A stretch of DNA of 55,371 nucleotides from Thermoplasmatota archaeon (GCA_028279595.1 JANQNK010000015.1:1-55371), one strand, 5' to 3'; positions 38,662 to 50,300 are shown, numbered from the stretch's first letter. The notes: generated by a model from the sequence alone, not told the origin. Program-made: numbers and translations.

Positions 38662-40494
38662 ATGCGGGGGCATATGCGAATATTTGTAATCGGCATGATA
38701 GCATTGGCGATCTTCATGACGTTGATTGGGACCGTCGAATCCACAGATTGGATAGTCGACGACGATCCCCATTCGAACAGGGATTTCAGGTACATACAGG
38801 ATGCGATCAATGCATCCTCGAGCGGTGACAACATCAAGATATACAACGGGACGTACAGGGAGCATCTCACTGTGAACACCAGGGTGTACATCCAGGGGAA
38901 CGGAACGGACCAGACCTTCATCATCGGCAGGGGTGATGCCGATGCGATCATAGTGACGGCGGACGAGTGCGTGTTCTGGATGCTGAACATCACCCCCGGG
39001 AGCGGACTCAATCTGACCGGTATCTACGTCTACAGGTCGGATGACGTCGAGATACTGGACTGCTCGATACATCATTGCATGATGGGGGTCTACTACTACG
39101 AGTCCTCGCACCCGTGGACGGAGGACCTCGTTCTCTACGACAATTCCGGTGATGGGATCAAGATCCACTACAGCCCGTATTGGTTTGTGGATTCCGCATC
39201 CATCTGGGACAACGGCGGGTTCGGTGCCTATTCCGCCGGCAGTTCCAACGGGACGATGGTCAACACCGATTTCGTGCGCGACGGCTTGTACATCGACGGG
39301 AATATCAACGACACAACATCACACTGGATCGAGGACAACACAGTCAACGGCCGGCCTCTATACTTCATCAACAACACCCAACAAGCGAGTATACCCAAGA
39401 ACCAGGGCCAGTATATACTCGCAAACGCCGATTTTGATTACATCGTTGACACCGTGATAACAGACACCGACGTCGGGATCCTTCTCATCCACTCGTCCAG
39501 GATCGGGATCAGACGAGTTGAGATATTCAATGTGATGACCGGAGTGATCTTCGACAGGACCACGGAGTCGAATATAACCAACTCCGGGATCAATGACACC
39601 ACCGATTGCGGGATCAAGGTCCTTGCCTCTACCCATTGCTTCATCGAGAACACCACCATCAACGACACGACCGACGGGATCAAGGTGGACGGTGAGACCT
39701 TCACCGAGGTTTTGAACAGGACATCGGGATACTCCATCTACTACGAAGGCCATCACCTCCTCATCAACGACTGCCACATATTCAATCTGTCCGACGACGG
39801 CATCGATGTCCACACTATGAACTACACGCTCATCAACTACACGAGGATCAACAACACATACGGGAACGGTATCCTCATACACGAGAACACCCACAATTCC
39901 TCGATCTATCGGTGCGCCATCCTCAACGTGAGCGATGACGGGATCCTGTTATTCAACGAAGTGAGCAACAACACCGTGGCCCGCTGTGACGTCTCCAACT
40001 GTTCCGGCAGGGGGATCGTGATGACGACCGATGCCAACAGCAACAACATCACGAATTGTTCCGTCCACAACAACACTAATCCCGGGATAATGGTCCTTTC
40101 CTCGGATTACAACAACATCACCTACAACAACATCTGGGGCAACGGGAACTATGGTGTTAGCCTTCTCGGGGCCTTCGGGACCCGGGTCCATCACAACAAC
40201 TTCGACGCAAACGGTGCAGGGACCTCTCAGGGCAACGATAACAACGGTCTGAACCATTGGGACCAGGGCGGGGAGGGCAACTACTGGGACGACTATGGAG
40301 GCACAGATGGTAATGGAGATGGGATCGGTGACACGGCCTATGACATCGACGGCGCCGGTAATGACACTGACGACTATCCATTGATGGACCCTGGCGACAC
40401 CTCCGCGCCGAGGAAGATCGCCGAGTTCACGATACTCGTCACCATATCCATTACCCTCTTCGCCCTCCTAGCCATCGGAAAACGAACGAGGTGA
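38662..40494 (+). CDS. Parallel beta-helix surface protein with degenerate PEF-CTERM, array copy 11
   Basis: WIVDDD..IQDAI N-cap, NTVNGRPLY insert, GNYWDDY..DGNGDGIGD C-cap, and APRKIAEF-TM-KRTR tail. Confidence 0.88.
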   Translation: MRGHMRIFVIGMIALAIFMTLIGTVESTDWIVDDDPHSNRDFRYIQDAINASSSGDNIKIYNGTYREHLTVNTRVYIQGNGTDQTFIIGRGDADAIIVTADECVFWMLNITPGSGLNLTGIYVYRSDDVEILDCSIHHCMMGVYYYESSHPWTEDLVLYDNSGDGIKIHYSPYWFVDSASIWDNGGFGAYSAGSSNGTMVNTDFVRDGLYIDGNINDTTSHWIEDNTVNGRPLYFINNTQQASIPKNQGQYILANADFDYIVDTVITDTDVGILLIHSSRIGIRRVEIFNVMTGVIFDRTTESNITNSGINDTTDCGIKVLASTHCFIENTTINDTTDGIKVDGETFTEVLNRTSGYSIYYEGHHLLINDCHIFNLSDDGIDVHTMNYTLINYTRINNTYGNGILIHENTHNSSIYRCAILNVSDDGILLFNEVSNNTVARCDVSNCSGRGIVMTTDANSNNITNCSVHNNTNPGIMVLSSDYNNITYNNIWGNGNYGVSLLGAFGTRVHHNNFDANGAGTSQGNDNNGLNHWDQGGEGNYWDDYGGTDGNGDGIGDTAYDIDGAGNDTDDYPLMDPGDTSAPRKIAEFTILVTISITLFALLAIGKRTR

Positions 40495-40502
40495 CGCCGA
40501 GG

Positions 40503-40533
40503 CTGGGAAGGGAGCTTCATGCGACCCTTCCAG
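40503..40533 (+). terminator. Possible stem-loop after the array
   Basis: CTGGGAAGGG...CCCTTCCAG inverted repeat immediately after the copy 11 stop; no strong U-tract follows. Confidence 0.3.
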
Positions 40534-40634
40534 AGGCTGTCCAGAAGGACCCCCAGACAGAATGATCAACCCTATCCCCACTCGTAATGTTAACCTCCGC
40601 AAACATTTTAATAGATGATAGCATTGCACGATTT

Positions 40635-40830
40635 GGAGGAGGAAGAGGTAATAGCTGCTCCGGTACTCGACAGGGGACTAGGGTTGTGGAGTGGTGGATG
40701 AATTAAAAACCGACCAGCCTTACCTCGGTCTGTGCACGCCCTTCAAAGGGCATGTCTTCTTGTCGTCGTTTCCGGCCACCCCGACGTGTGTCGATAGAGG
40801 CCTTCGAAGAAGAAAAGAGGGGGAGCATGG
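40635..40830 (+). promoter_or_regulatory. Structured 5' leader, copy 1 (candidate cis-regulatory RNA)
   Basis: Starts 29 nt after the TTTTAATA box at 40606. GAGGTAA (40645) pairs with TTACCTC (40720). It shares ordered sequence blocks with 41180-41369. Confidence 0.6.
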
Positions 40831-41088
40831 ATGGAAGCCAACGATGACGCGACGTCCGACGATCGGACCACCCAACGCACACGGATAGGCCAGTCCGTCC
40901 ATTCTCTCAGATCCTGCCTCGACCGCATCGACGACTGTTTCCGACCGGAGTCCGGGAGCCAGATACGCAACCTTCATCTCCAGAGGTTACATCCTGGACA
41001 CCACCCCGCGGAGCAGCCGGATGACCTGAACGAACGCCAACCTTCATCGGCCGGGGCAGGATCAATGACACACGAAGAGGAGCCCTGA
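40831..41088 (+). CDS. Hypothetical small hydrophilic protein (85 aa)
   Basis: Strong SD (AGGGGGAG) at the end of leader copy 1 and a hairpin plus T-tract after the stop. No recognisable motif. Confidence 0.4.
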   Translation: MEANDDATSDDRTTQRTRIGQSVHSLRSCLDRIDDCFRPESGSQIRNLHLQRLHPGHHPAEQPDDLNERQPSSAGAGSMTHEEEP

Positions 41089-41130
41089 GAAAAGCTCTCA
41101 TCTTTTCGGGTCTTTCCTTAAGTTTTTCTC
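41083..41130 (+). terminator. Hairpin plus T-rich terminator-like element
   Basis: CCCTGAGAAAAG...CTTTTCGGG followed by TCTTTCCTTAAGTTTTTCTC. Confidence 0.45.
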
Positions 41131-41179
41131 GTTTGAAGCGTTCGACAACGCTTTTATACCTCAAACCAATCCAGACAAC

Positions 41180-41369
41180 GGAGGAGGTAGAGGTAATGGC
41201 CACTTCGATACTCGATAGTAGGGGGATCGTATGTGGAGTGGTGATAGAGTAACACTAACAGCCAGACCTCTAGCCCTAGCCACGTACCGGACGATGCCGG
41301 TGGATGGACATCGTTCGATGATTTGTGTGTCGACGCAACCGAGCCCATAGCAGAAAGGGGGAGCGTGAA
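41180..41369 (+). promoter_or_regulatory. Structured 5' leader, copy 2 (candidate cis-regulatory RNA) of the giant gene
   Basis: Starts 28 nt after the TTTTATA box at 41152. TAGAGGT-AA-TGGC pairs with GCCA-G-ACCTCTA (41261-41272). It ends in AGGGGGAGC-N-ATG. Confidence 0.6.
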
Positions 41370-44300
41370 ATGGACAGGAAGCAGAAATTGGTCGTTGCGT
41401 TCGCATTGGGCATTCTGATAGGGACGGGTTTCCTATCGATGTTCGTGGCGGACGGGAGCAGGAATTCGCTGGACGACGCCCACGTCGTGGACACGGTCTC
41501 GTTCAAGACCCCGGTCGTCCGGCAGCCAGGATCGCCCACGGTGCCGATGTTCTATCTATTCGAGACGGACAACGGCGTATTGCTGGACTACCGGCAGGCC
41601 GTGATGATGGGACTGTCCCGCAAGGACGTCTGGGTGCAGGACCGCGAGGGCGATCCATTGGGAAGGTACAGGATCGAGGAGCGAGATGACGGCACGTACG
41701 ACCTCGACATATGGGTCGAGGACGACGCGAGGATCGAGATGGTCGGCATGGCCGAGAGGCCGGACGACCTCCTGGTGCGCATCGACTCCGAGATCAGCCC
41801 CGCGCAGCGGGAATGGTACAGCCTGTTCCGCGACCTGGGCGTGGAGAAGCAGTTCGACGAGCACGAGCACTTCGTCACAGACGTGGTGTACGTTGATCCC
41901 GTCGAGATGGACCGGGCGACACTGACGCTCCCCCTGAAGGGCGAGCCCGGTTCCATCTGGTTCTCCGAGGACTTCGACCTCATGACGTTCTCGGGACCGG
42001 ACTGGGAGGCGACGCGGACCCCGTTCACCGTCGATAACGGCTTCGTTACGTTCGAGGTGGACGGGTTCAGCGCATATGCGGTGTCTGACAGGCCGATGCC
42101 CGAGGACCCGCGACCGGAGCACTGGACCGACGAGCCATATCCTGATGGTACCGATGTGGATACGACGACAGAGCCGAGCGACGTCGACGCGGACAGGTCG
42201 GTCCGCCTGATAGGACCCGACGGCGAGGTCCTGGCCGACAGCGCCGACAACGACGGCGGACCTCTGTTCGTCGCACCCGACGAGACCCTGATGGGCTCCG
42301 GGACCATCGAGGACGACGTCGTCGTGGACGGCGTCTTCAGCCCGGGGAATTCCCCCGGTATCGTAACGATCCAGGGAGCGCTGACGATCTCGAGCGGGGA
42401 TTCCGACACGATAGATGACTCCTACACCCCACCGACCGGCTCGGGGGACACCGTAGGAACCCTGCACATCGAGGTCGGCGGACCGGACCCTGGACCCGGC
42501 ACACCTACCGACAACGGCTACGACCAGATCAAGGTCCAGGGGAACATCAACCTCGGCGGGAAGCTGAAGGTCGACATCATCAACGACTACGACCCGGCGG
42601 TCGGGACCAAGTTCGACATCCTGCTGGTGGATTCGGGGTACACCGGGGTCCTATCGGACGACGATTTCGCGTCCTCCGAGGGGCTCTTCGGCGAACTGCC
42701 CGGGGACAAGTACTTCGAGATAGTGAAGGACACGACCAACAAGAAGGTCTACCTCGAGGTGAAGCAGATCGGCGGAGGAGGGTTCCAGCTGAAGGCGCTG
42801 GGGACCCATGCCATCGGGATCGCAAAGGTCCTTACTGATTACTTCGACGACACCACCTATACAGGCGAGCTCGACAACATCGACGTCCTAGGACTGGTCC
42901 ACGGGAGCGCCGACTTCACGATCACCAAGGAGGAGGTCGACATCGACATCGACGGGTCCACCGGAACGACGGACGACCAGTACGACGACGCCACCCTCAT
43001 AACCGTATGGCTGAGCGACCTCATGCTATACATCGGTAAGGGCACCATCGGACTCTACGTCACGAGCGGGAAGGTCGGCATAGCCAGCCTCAAGGAGTCG
43101 GGAGGCAAGTCGTGGCTGGCCCTCGTCGTGGACGATGTCGGCGGAACGATCACGATCAAAGGGGTCAAGGGCGACTTCGCGGACATCACCGTGAAGCTCA
43201 ACAAGGCGAAGGGCGGCGCCTCCGCGCTGAACTGGACCCAGTCCCTGAACCTCGACGAGGACTCGGACTATGGTGACGGCGACGGCGACCTCGTCGACTT
43301 CGACGGCAGCGGCACCACAACGGACGACCGTGTCACGTACACCACCGAGTACCTGGAGGTCTCGGGGGACATCACCGACCTTGACGTGCTCAAGATAGTC
43401 ACCGGAAGCGCCAGTTTCGCGTTCGAGCAGCAGCCGGTGGACGTTAACACCGACGGCGACGCGGACTTCGAGGTGACGACCGGCGACGACCTCGACGACG
43501 CCACACTCATGATGATATCGTTCGGGATAACCGACGTCTTCGTCGGGGTGCCGGACGGCGCGGGATTCAAGCTCACATCCGGTTCACTGGCCCTGGCGAC
43601 CATCAAGCCGGACGACGACACCGACGACCGCTCATGGATGTCCCTGAGCGCTTCCATCGGGAGCGCCTCCCTCACCGGGATAGAGGGTCTCTCGGCCAGC
43701 GGCAGCCTGGCCGTCGAGATCAACAGGGCGTTCGACGGATCGGTGGTCGCGACGGGAGACGCCATCGACTGGGGCGAGGACATCAATCCCGACGCAAACT
43801 CGACCGACGGCGACACCTTCAGCGGTGATACCGTCGACATCGGCGGTCACACCATGGAGCTCGACGGCGACTTCCTGCAGGCTTCAGGCTCCCTGACCAT
43901 CGACCTCTTCGGATTCGTGTCTGGGACGGCCGGGTTCACCTTCCAGCAGCAGCTCGTCGACGTCAACCTCGACGGCAACACCACCTTCGACTCCGCCGAC
44001 GACCTAGACGACGCCGACCTCGTGATGCTGAAGTTCGACGTCACTAGCGTCAAGATCGGAGTCGAGAACGGCGCCGGCTTCTCCCTCGCCAGCGGAATGC
44101 TGGCCATGGCATTCATCACTCCATCGGACACGGGAACGGACAACAGGTCGTGGATGGCCATGAGCGCCGCCATCGGTACGGCGTCCCTTACCGGCATCGA
44201 GGGGCTCAGCGCGAGCGGCAGTTTCGATCTCGAGATCAACAGGGCGTTCGCGGGAACGGCCGTCTCGGCGGGCGACGCGCTCGACTGGGAGTCGGACGTC

Positions 44301-47300
44301 AACACGGCCGCCGATTCGGTGGACACCGAGACCTTCTCATCCACCACTGTCAGCATAGGAGGGCACAACGTCACTCTCGACGGCGACTGGCTCCAGGCGG
44401 ACGGCACCCTCACGATAGACCTCTTCGGGTTCGTCAAGGGAACGGCAGGCTTCATCTTCCAGCAGCAGCCGGCGGACGTCAACCTGGATGGCAATACCAC
44501 CTTTGACACCGCCGACGACCTGGACGACGCCGACCTCGTGCTCCTCAAGTTCAACGTGAGCGACGTCTTCGTCGGGGTCCCCGACTCCGTCGGCTTCTCC
44601 CTGGACAGCGGGATGCTCGCGATGGCCGTCATCACGCCGGCCGACACGACGTCCGACGACAGGTCATGGCTCGCGATGAGCGCCGAGATCACCGCGGCGT
44701 CCCTCACGGGCATAGAAGGACTGATCGCCACCGGCGGGTTCGACATCGAGATCAACAGGGCCTTCGACGGGTCGGACGTCGCCACCGGCGACGCTCTCGA
44801 CTGGGAGGAGGATGTGAACACCGAGGCCGATTCAGTCGACACGGAGACCTTCGACGCCACAGCGGTGAGCATCGGCGGTCACGACATCACGCTCGACGGT
44901 GACTGGCTCCAGCTCAGGGGCAACCTCACGCTGGACCTGTTCGGCTTCGTCAAGGGCACCAGCGAGTTCATCTTCCAGCAGCAGCTGGTGGATGTGGACG
45001 CGGACGACTCGGGCGACTTCGACACCGGCGACGGCGACCTCGAGGACGCCGACCTGGTGCTCCTCAGGCTGGACATCACCGACGTGTTCGTCGGTGTCCC
45101 GGACAGCATCGGATTCTCGCTGGACAGCGGAATGCTCGCGATGGCCGTAGTCAAACCGTCGGACACCACGTCGGACGACAGGTCGTGGGTCGCCATGAGC
45201 GCCTCGATCACCACGGCGTCCCTCACAGGCATCGAGGGGCTGACCGCCGACGGTGACCTAAACGTCAAGATCAATCGCGGCTTCTCCGGCACTTCGGTCG
45301 TTGCCGGAAGCGCCCTGGACTGGAGCGACAACATCGACATCGATCCAGGCACGCCCGCGGTGTTCACCCCGTCCACCGTGAGCATCGGCGGACACACGAT
45401 ATCCCTGGTGGGCGATTACCTGGAGGCGTCGGGCGAGCTCGTCATCGACCTCTTCGGGTTCGTCTCGGGGACGGTAGGCTTCACATTCATACAGACGCAG
45501 GTCGACGTGGATGTCGACGGCGGCGACTTCGAGCCGACCTACGGTAACGACATCGACGACGCCGACCTCGTGATGCTCGACCTGACCGCCTCCGACGTGT
45601 TCATCGGCATTCCCGGAAGCATCGGTTTCAAGATGGAGAGCGGCGGCCTGGCGTTCGCCATCATCAAATCCGCGGACACCGGCGACGATCGCAGCTTCAT
45701 GACGATGTCGGCCTCCGTCACCAACGCCGAGCTTGATGGCATCGAGGGCCTCACCCTCGAGGCGGAATCCCTCGTCCTCAAGATCAACAGGGCGTACGAC
45801 GGCACGACCGTCGACGAAGGCGCGGCCCTCGATTGGACATCCGACGTCGACATCGAGGCGAACGCTACAGAGGGCTCGCCGCTCGTCCCGGACGAAATCG
45901 AAGTGGGGACCACGACGCTGACCCTCGACACGGACTTCCTCCTCGTATCTGCCTCGGGGACGATAGACATATTCGGTTTCTTCTACGCCGACGCCTCGTT
46001 CGCATTCGAGAAGTCCGATACCACCGTCACGGTCACCGACGGGTCGGACACCGACACCGTCGACGTGGATTACATGACGGTCGGTGTCGAGATCGACAAC
46101 GCCTTCGCCGGCGTGAACGGTCCCTACTGGACCGACGACGGCGACGGCGTCATGCAGGACGCCGAGCTGAACACCACCTCGATGGGCCTTTCGCTCACCG
46201 GGGTCGAGTTCGCGCTCGTCCTGATGTCGGTCCAGACCGACGACCCGGACAACGAGAAGGACCTGAGGACATGGACCGCCATGTCAGCGGTCGTTGACGA
46301 GGTCGCGTTCGTCGGCATCGACAACGTCGTGGTCGAGGGCGGCGCATACGTCAGGATCAACGAGTGCGGCGGAGGCATCCTCGAGAACGTGGGAGATCCC
46401 GATCTCGACGAGGTCAATGACAAGGTCGTGGACTTCCCCGACAGCTTCACGGGAAGCGGCATGGAGGTCGACACTGGAGACGGTACCCCCATCGTCATCG
46501 ATTTCGACACCAAGTACCTGAACGTGGGCGGCTGGCTCCAGGTATCCCTGGACGGCTTCTTCTACTTCGACGGCTCGTTCGCCTTCGAGAGCTCATCCGA
46601 AGAGGTCGATCTCGTTAGGAAAGATACCAACGGTACAGTGGTCGAGAGCGAGACCGATGTACTTGTGGAGACCCTCACGGTCGGAGCCGAGGTCAAGCAC
46701 GCCTTCGTTGGCACCGACGGTCCGTACTGGACCGGCGACGCCGACGAGGACGAGGAGATCGACGATCCGGGCGAGGTCAACACGAACGCGACCGGGCTCT
46801 CCCTCAGCATGTTCGAGTTCGCCCTGGTCCTGATGAAGGTCAAGGGCTCGGACCCGGACACGCAGACCGACCTCAGGAACTGGACGGCGGTCACCGCGTC
46901 GGTCGACGACATTTCTCTGGTCGGCCTTCCCAACCTTAGCATCTCGGGCAGCGCGGCCTTCAAGATCAACACAGGCGGCGGAGGGACCCTGGCGACCGTA
47001 GGGGACGATGTCTACGACGAGGAGAACGACATGGTCGTCGACTTCCCGTCCAGCTTCGTGAACCCGTCCCCGCCCCACGGCATGCCCGTCGACACGGGCG
47101 ATGGCACGCCCATCCTGATAGACTTCGATAACACCTATCTCTTCGTGGACGTACAGGGCACCCTGACGGTCGGAGGCCTGGAGCTTGTGGGCGGGTTCGC
47201 CTTCGAGCAGGATGGCGCGGACATCGGTGTCGCCGCCAACTTCTCCATCGAGTTCGAGTCCGGCGGCGAGGTCGTCTTCGGCTTCTCAGTGGACGGCAAG

Positions 47301-50300
47301 GTCCTCATCAAGGGGGACGGCGCGGCGATGCAGCTCAGCATGTCCATAGACGTCGGGACCTCGACCGGTCCCTTCGAGTTCGATGGCGCAGGCACCTTCT
47401 ACATGAACACAACCGGTGATGATGTCACAACGATAGCCGGAAAGGCCGTCGACCTCGAGATACCTGACGGGAAGACCAGGGTCCTCAAGGTGTCAGTACC
47501 GATATTCAAGGTCAGGATCGGCGATTACGTCACGTTCGAGGCGGGCGACATCGTTCTCGACCTGACGGCAACCGGCACCGAGCACCTCATCGTGTTCGGC
47601 GACGCCGGTCTGTCGATCAAGTTCGGCTCCGGCATATCGTTCCTCGACGGAATGGGCGGAAGTGTGAGCAACTTCGCCGTAAGGGCGGACTTCCTGCCGA
47701 TCCTCCAGCCGAACTTCGCCGCGTCGCTCACGTTCGGCGACGTTTCCACCACCGACTTCGACCTTCCCATCCCCATCAAATTGACGGAGATCGGCGTCAG
47801 GTTCAAGGACGATGCGATCACCACGGAAGGGGTTCTGGAGAAGCCCTGGCTGTTCGTCCTCACCCTCTCGGGAGGTCTCGACGGCTCGGGCGGATTCCCC
47901 ATAACCGCCCTCGTCGACGGCCTCGAGGTCGACATAGGCCTGCTCGTCGAGGGCAAGTTCCCGTTCACGAAGATCGACGGGGTCCAGTTCGGCATCGACG
48001 ACATGAGCCTCGGCCCTGTGAAGGTCGGGGGGATGTTCACGTTCGGCATCGTCGAGATAACCGATCCCGCCGACAGTTCCAAGAAGAAGACGGCGTTCTA
48101 CGGAGGCATCGAGGGCTCGTTCAAGTACAGCGGCATCGGCGGCGGTTTCAAGCTCTACGTCTGCGAGCGCGGACCCCTCGTGGCGACGCTCTCCGTCGGC
48201 GGTCTCGTCCTCGGACCGACCGGGTTCGTACTCGGCGTCGAGGACGGCGGCTTCGCCTTCGGCGGGTCCCAGTGGCCCTCGCCGGACGGTCCCGAGGACC
48301 TGTTGACCAATCCGGTGTTCCAGGACCCGTTCGACACCTCGCTGCCGGCGATCAAGAAGCGGGTGGAGGAGGTCCTCGCCCTGCCGGGCATCGGCACCAC
48401 GTTCAACGAATCGTTCACCATGGCGGCCACCGGGACCATAACGAACCTGTACGTCCAGGGTATGATCTCCGGAAATGTCACTGTCGCGATGAACATCGGA
48501 TGGCCCGATTCCATCTCGGACCCGGTCCCCGATGTCAAACTCCTCATCAACGGGACCATCGACCTCCTCGGAATGCCCTTCGGCTACGCCGGGTTCATGA
48601 TAGACCTCTCCGACCCGCTGGTGCCGATGTTCGACTTCGCATTCCAGGTGCCCGCGCCGGGGAATCCCCTCAGCTTCCTGTTCCCCTCGAAGACGACCAT
48701 CCTTGCAAGACTGGACACATCGGGGATAATCGAGATGCCCGTCGTGGGCTTCTCCACATTCCTCAGCAGCACAATAGAGGGCGCTCTCGAGCTCTTGCTC
48801 GAGGGCCTCGCCGAGGAGCTGGAGAGGAACCACGCCAGTACGCTCTCGAAGCTGATACTCGACGCCGACCACGACGGAACCGTGGACACGGCCGAGGACA
48901 TGGAGGTCATAGATGCCGAGTTCCTAGTGGACCGTCTCATCGGTAACGACGATCCTGTCGTCAAGGGGATACTGCCGACGTCATTCGAGGATCTCGAGGA
49001 TCTCACGTTCGACGACCTCGTCATAGCAGTGGAAACTATCATCGAACTCGTTCCCGCACTCATCTCCCAGGCCACCCTGCTGGCGAACGACCCCGAGGAG
49101 AGCTTCGATCTCGGCGAGTTCCTGCTAGACCTCGTCGATGTCCTGATAGATGCGGCCATCGACGGTCTCGAAGCCGGGTGGGAGACCTTCGACCCCTCGC
49201 TCGAGATCACTGCCCAGATCCAGCCCATGATCTTCGGGATGCCACTGGGACAACCGGACGTGGACGTCACCCTCCGCCTGGACAAGACAGCGCTCTCGTT
49301 CGAGTTCGCAGGTTCGATACGTGATCTGCTCCTGCAGACGGTCTTCTCCCAGTTCGGCGGACAGATCCTCACGATGCTCCCCGCAGGCCTCGACGGGATC
49401 ACCGACTCTTCCTACTTCTACTTCAAGCTAGACATGCCCACAGGGCTCATCGACGCGATAATCTCGGGCCTCGCCGACCCGGATGACTCGAACTCCCAGA
49501 AGCTGATAGACATCTTCGTCGACATCATCAATCCCTTCACCGGGTGGGAGGTGCTGTTCGCCAGCACCATAACGTTCTTCGGATTCAAGCTCGGCTCGGT
49601 GTCTGGCTTCATGTTCGGACCACAGGACACCACCGATCCCGACTTCGATGAGACGACGTTCGGACAGCGCGTGGTGAACCTCGACCCCGACGACGACGGC
49701 GAGCCCAACGAGGATCTCGTCGAGTACTACACAGACGTCGTGAACATCATCCCCGTCAACTCTAACGACCATTACGAGGACATCGTCGAATACGGCGGAC
49801 TGCTCCTCACGGGCCAGCTCTACATGCCGGACATCATCGCAGATCCCGTCTCGGTCATCACAACGAAGCCCGAATGGGCGTCGGCCACCGTCGAACTTAC
49901 GAGCGGAGAGTTCCTGACCATAACCGCGACGGAGCCGGGAACGAACTACAACAACGTCAGCATCCGCTTCGTCGACGAGGAGGGCATCGCGGGCAGCGAG
50001 GTTGCCGAGTACAACGATTCGAATATCGCCGACAAGCGTCTCAAGATAACTGTGGAGGATGGGGTCAGCACGGCTGAGGACATCATCGCTGCCATCGACG
50101 CCGAGGGAACCTTCACGGCATCGACCCCGAGCATGTCCAGCGTGATCGACATGGCCACCGTGACCACGGTCGATACCTCCGGGGGCTCCTCCGGGAAGGC
50201 CAACACGACCTTCGGCTCCACCACGAACGATTTCGAGCTGTATATCGAGGCAGCCTCGTCCGGAACACAGTACGACGATGTCGAGATCGTGTTCGACGAC

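Noticed and set aside
16420-40494. Diversity-generating retroelement acting on the array
   Set aside because: No reverse transcriptase and no template/variable repeat pair differing only at adenines was seen.
16420-40494. nosD / nitrous-oxide reductase cluster
   Set aside because: The similarity is only to the generic NosD/CASH beta-helix fold; there are no nosZ, nosF or nosY genes.
40635-41369. Lysine riboswitch (AGAGG... and AAAGGGGAGC resemblance)
   Set aside because: The motif order and spacing do not fit, the AGGGGGAG block is the ribosome-binding site, and the downstream genes are unrelated to lysine.
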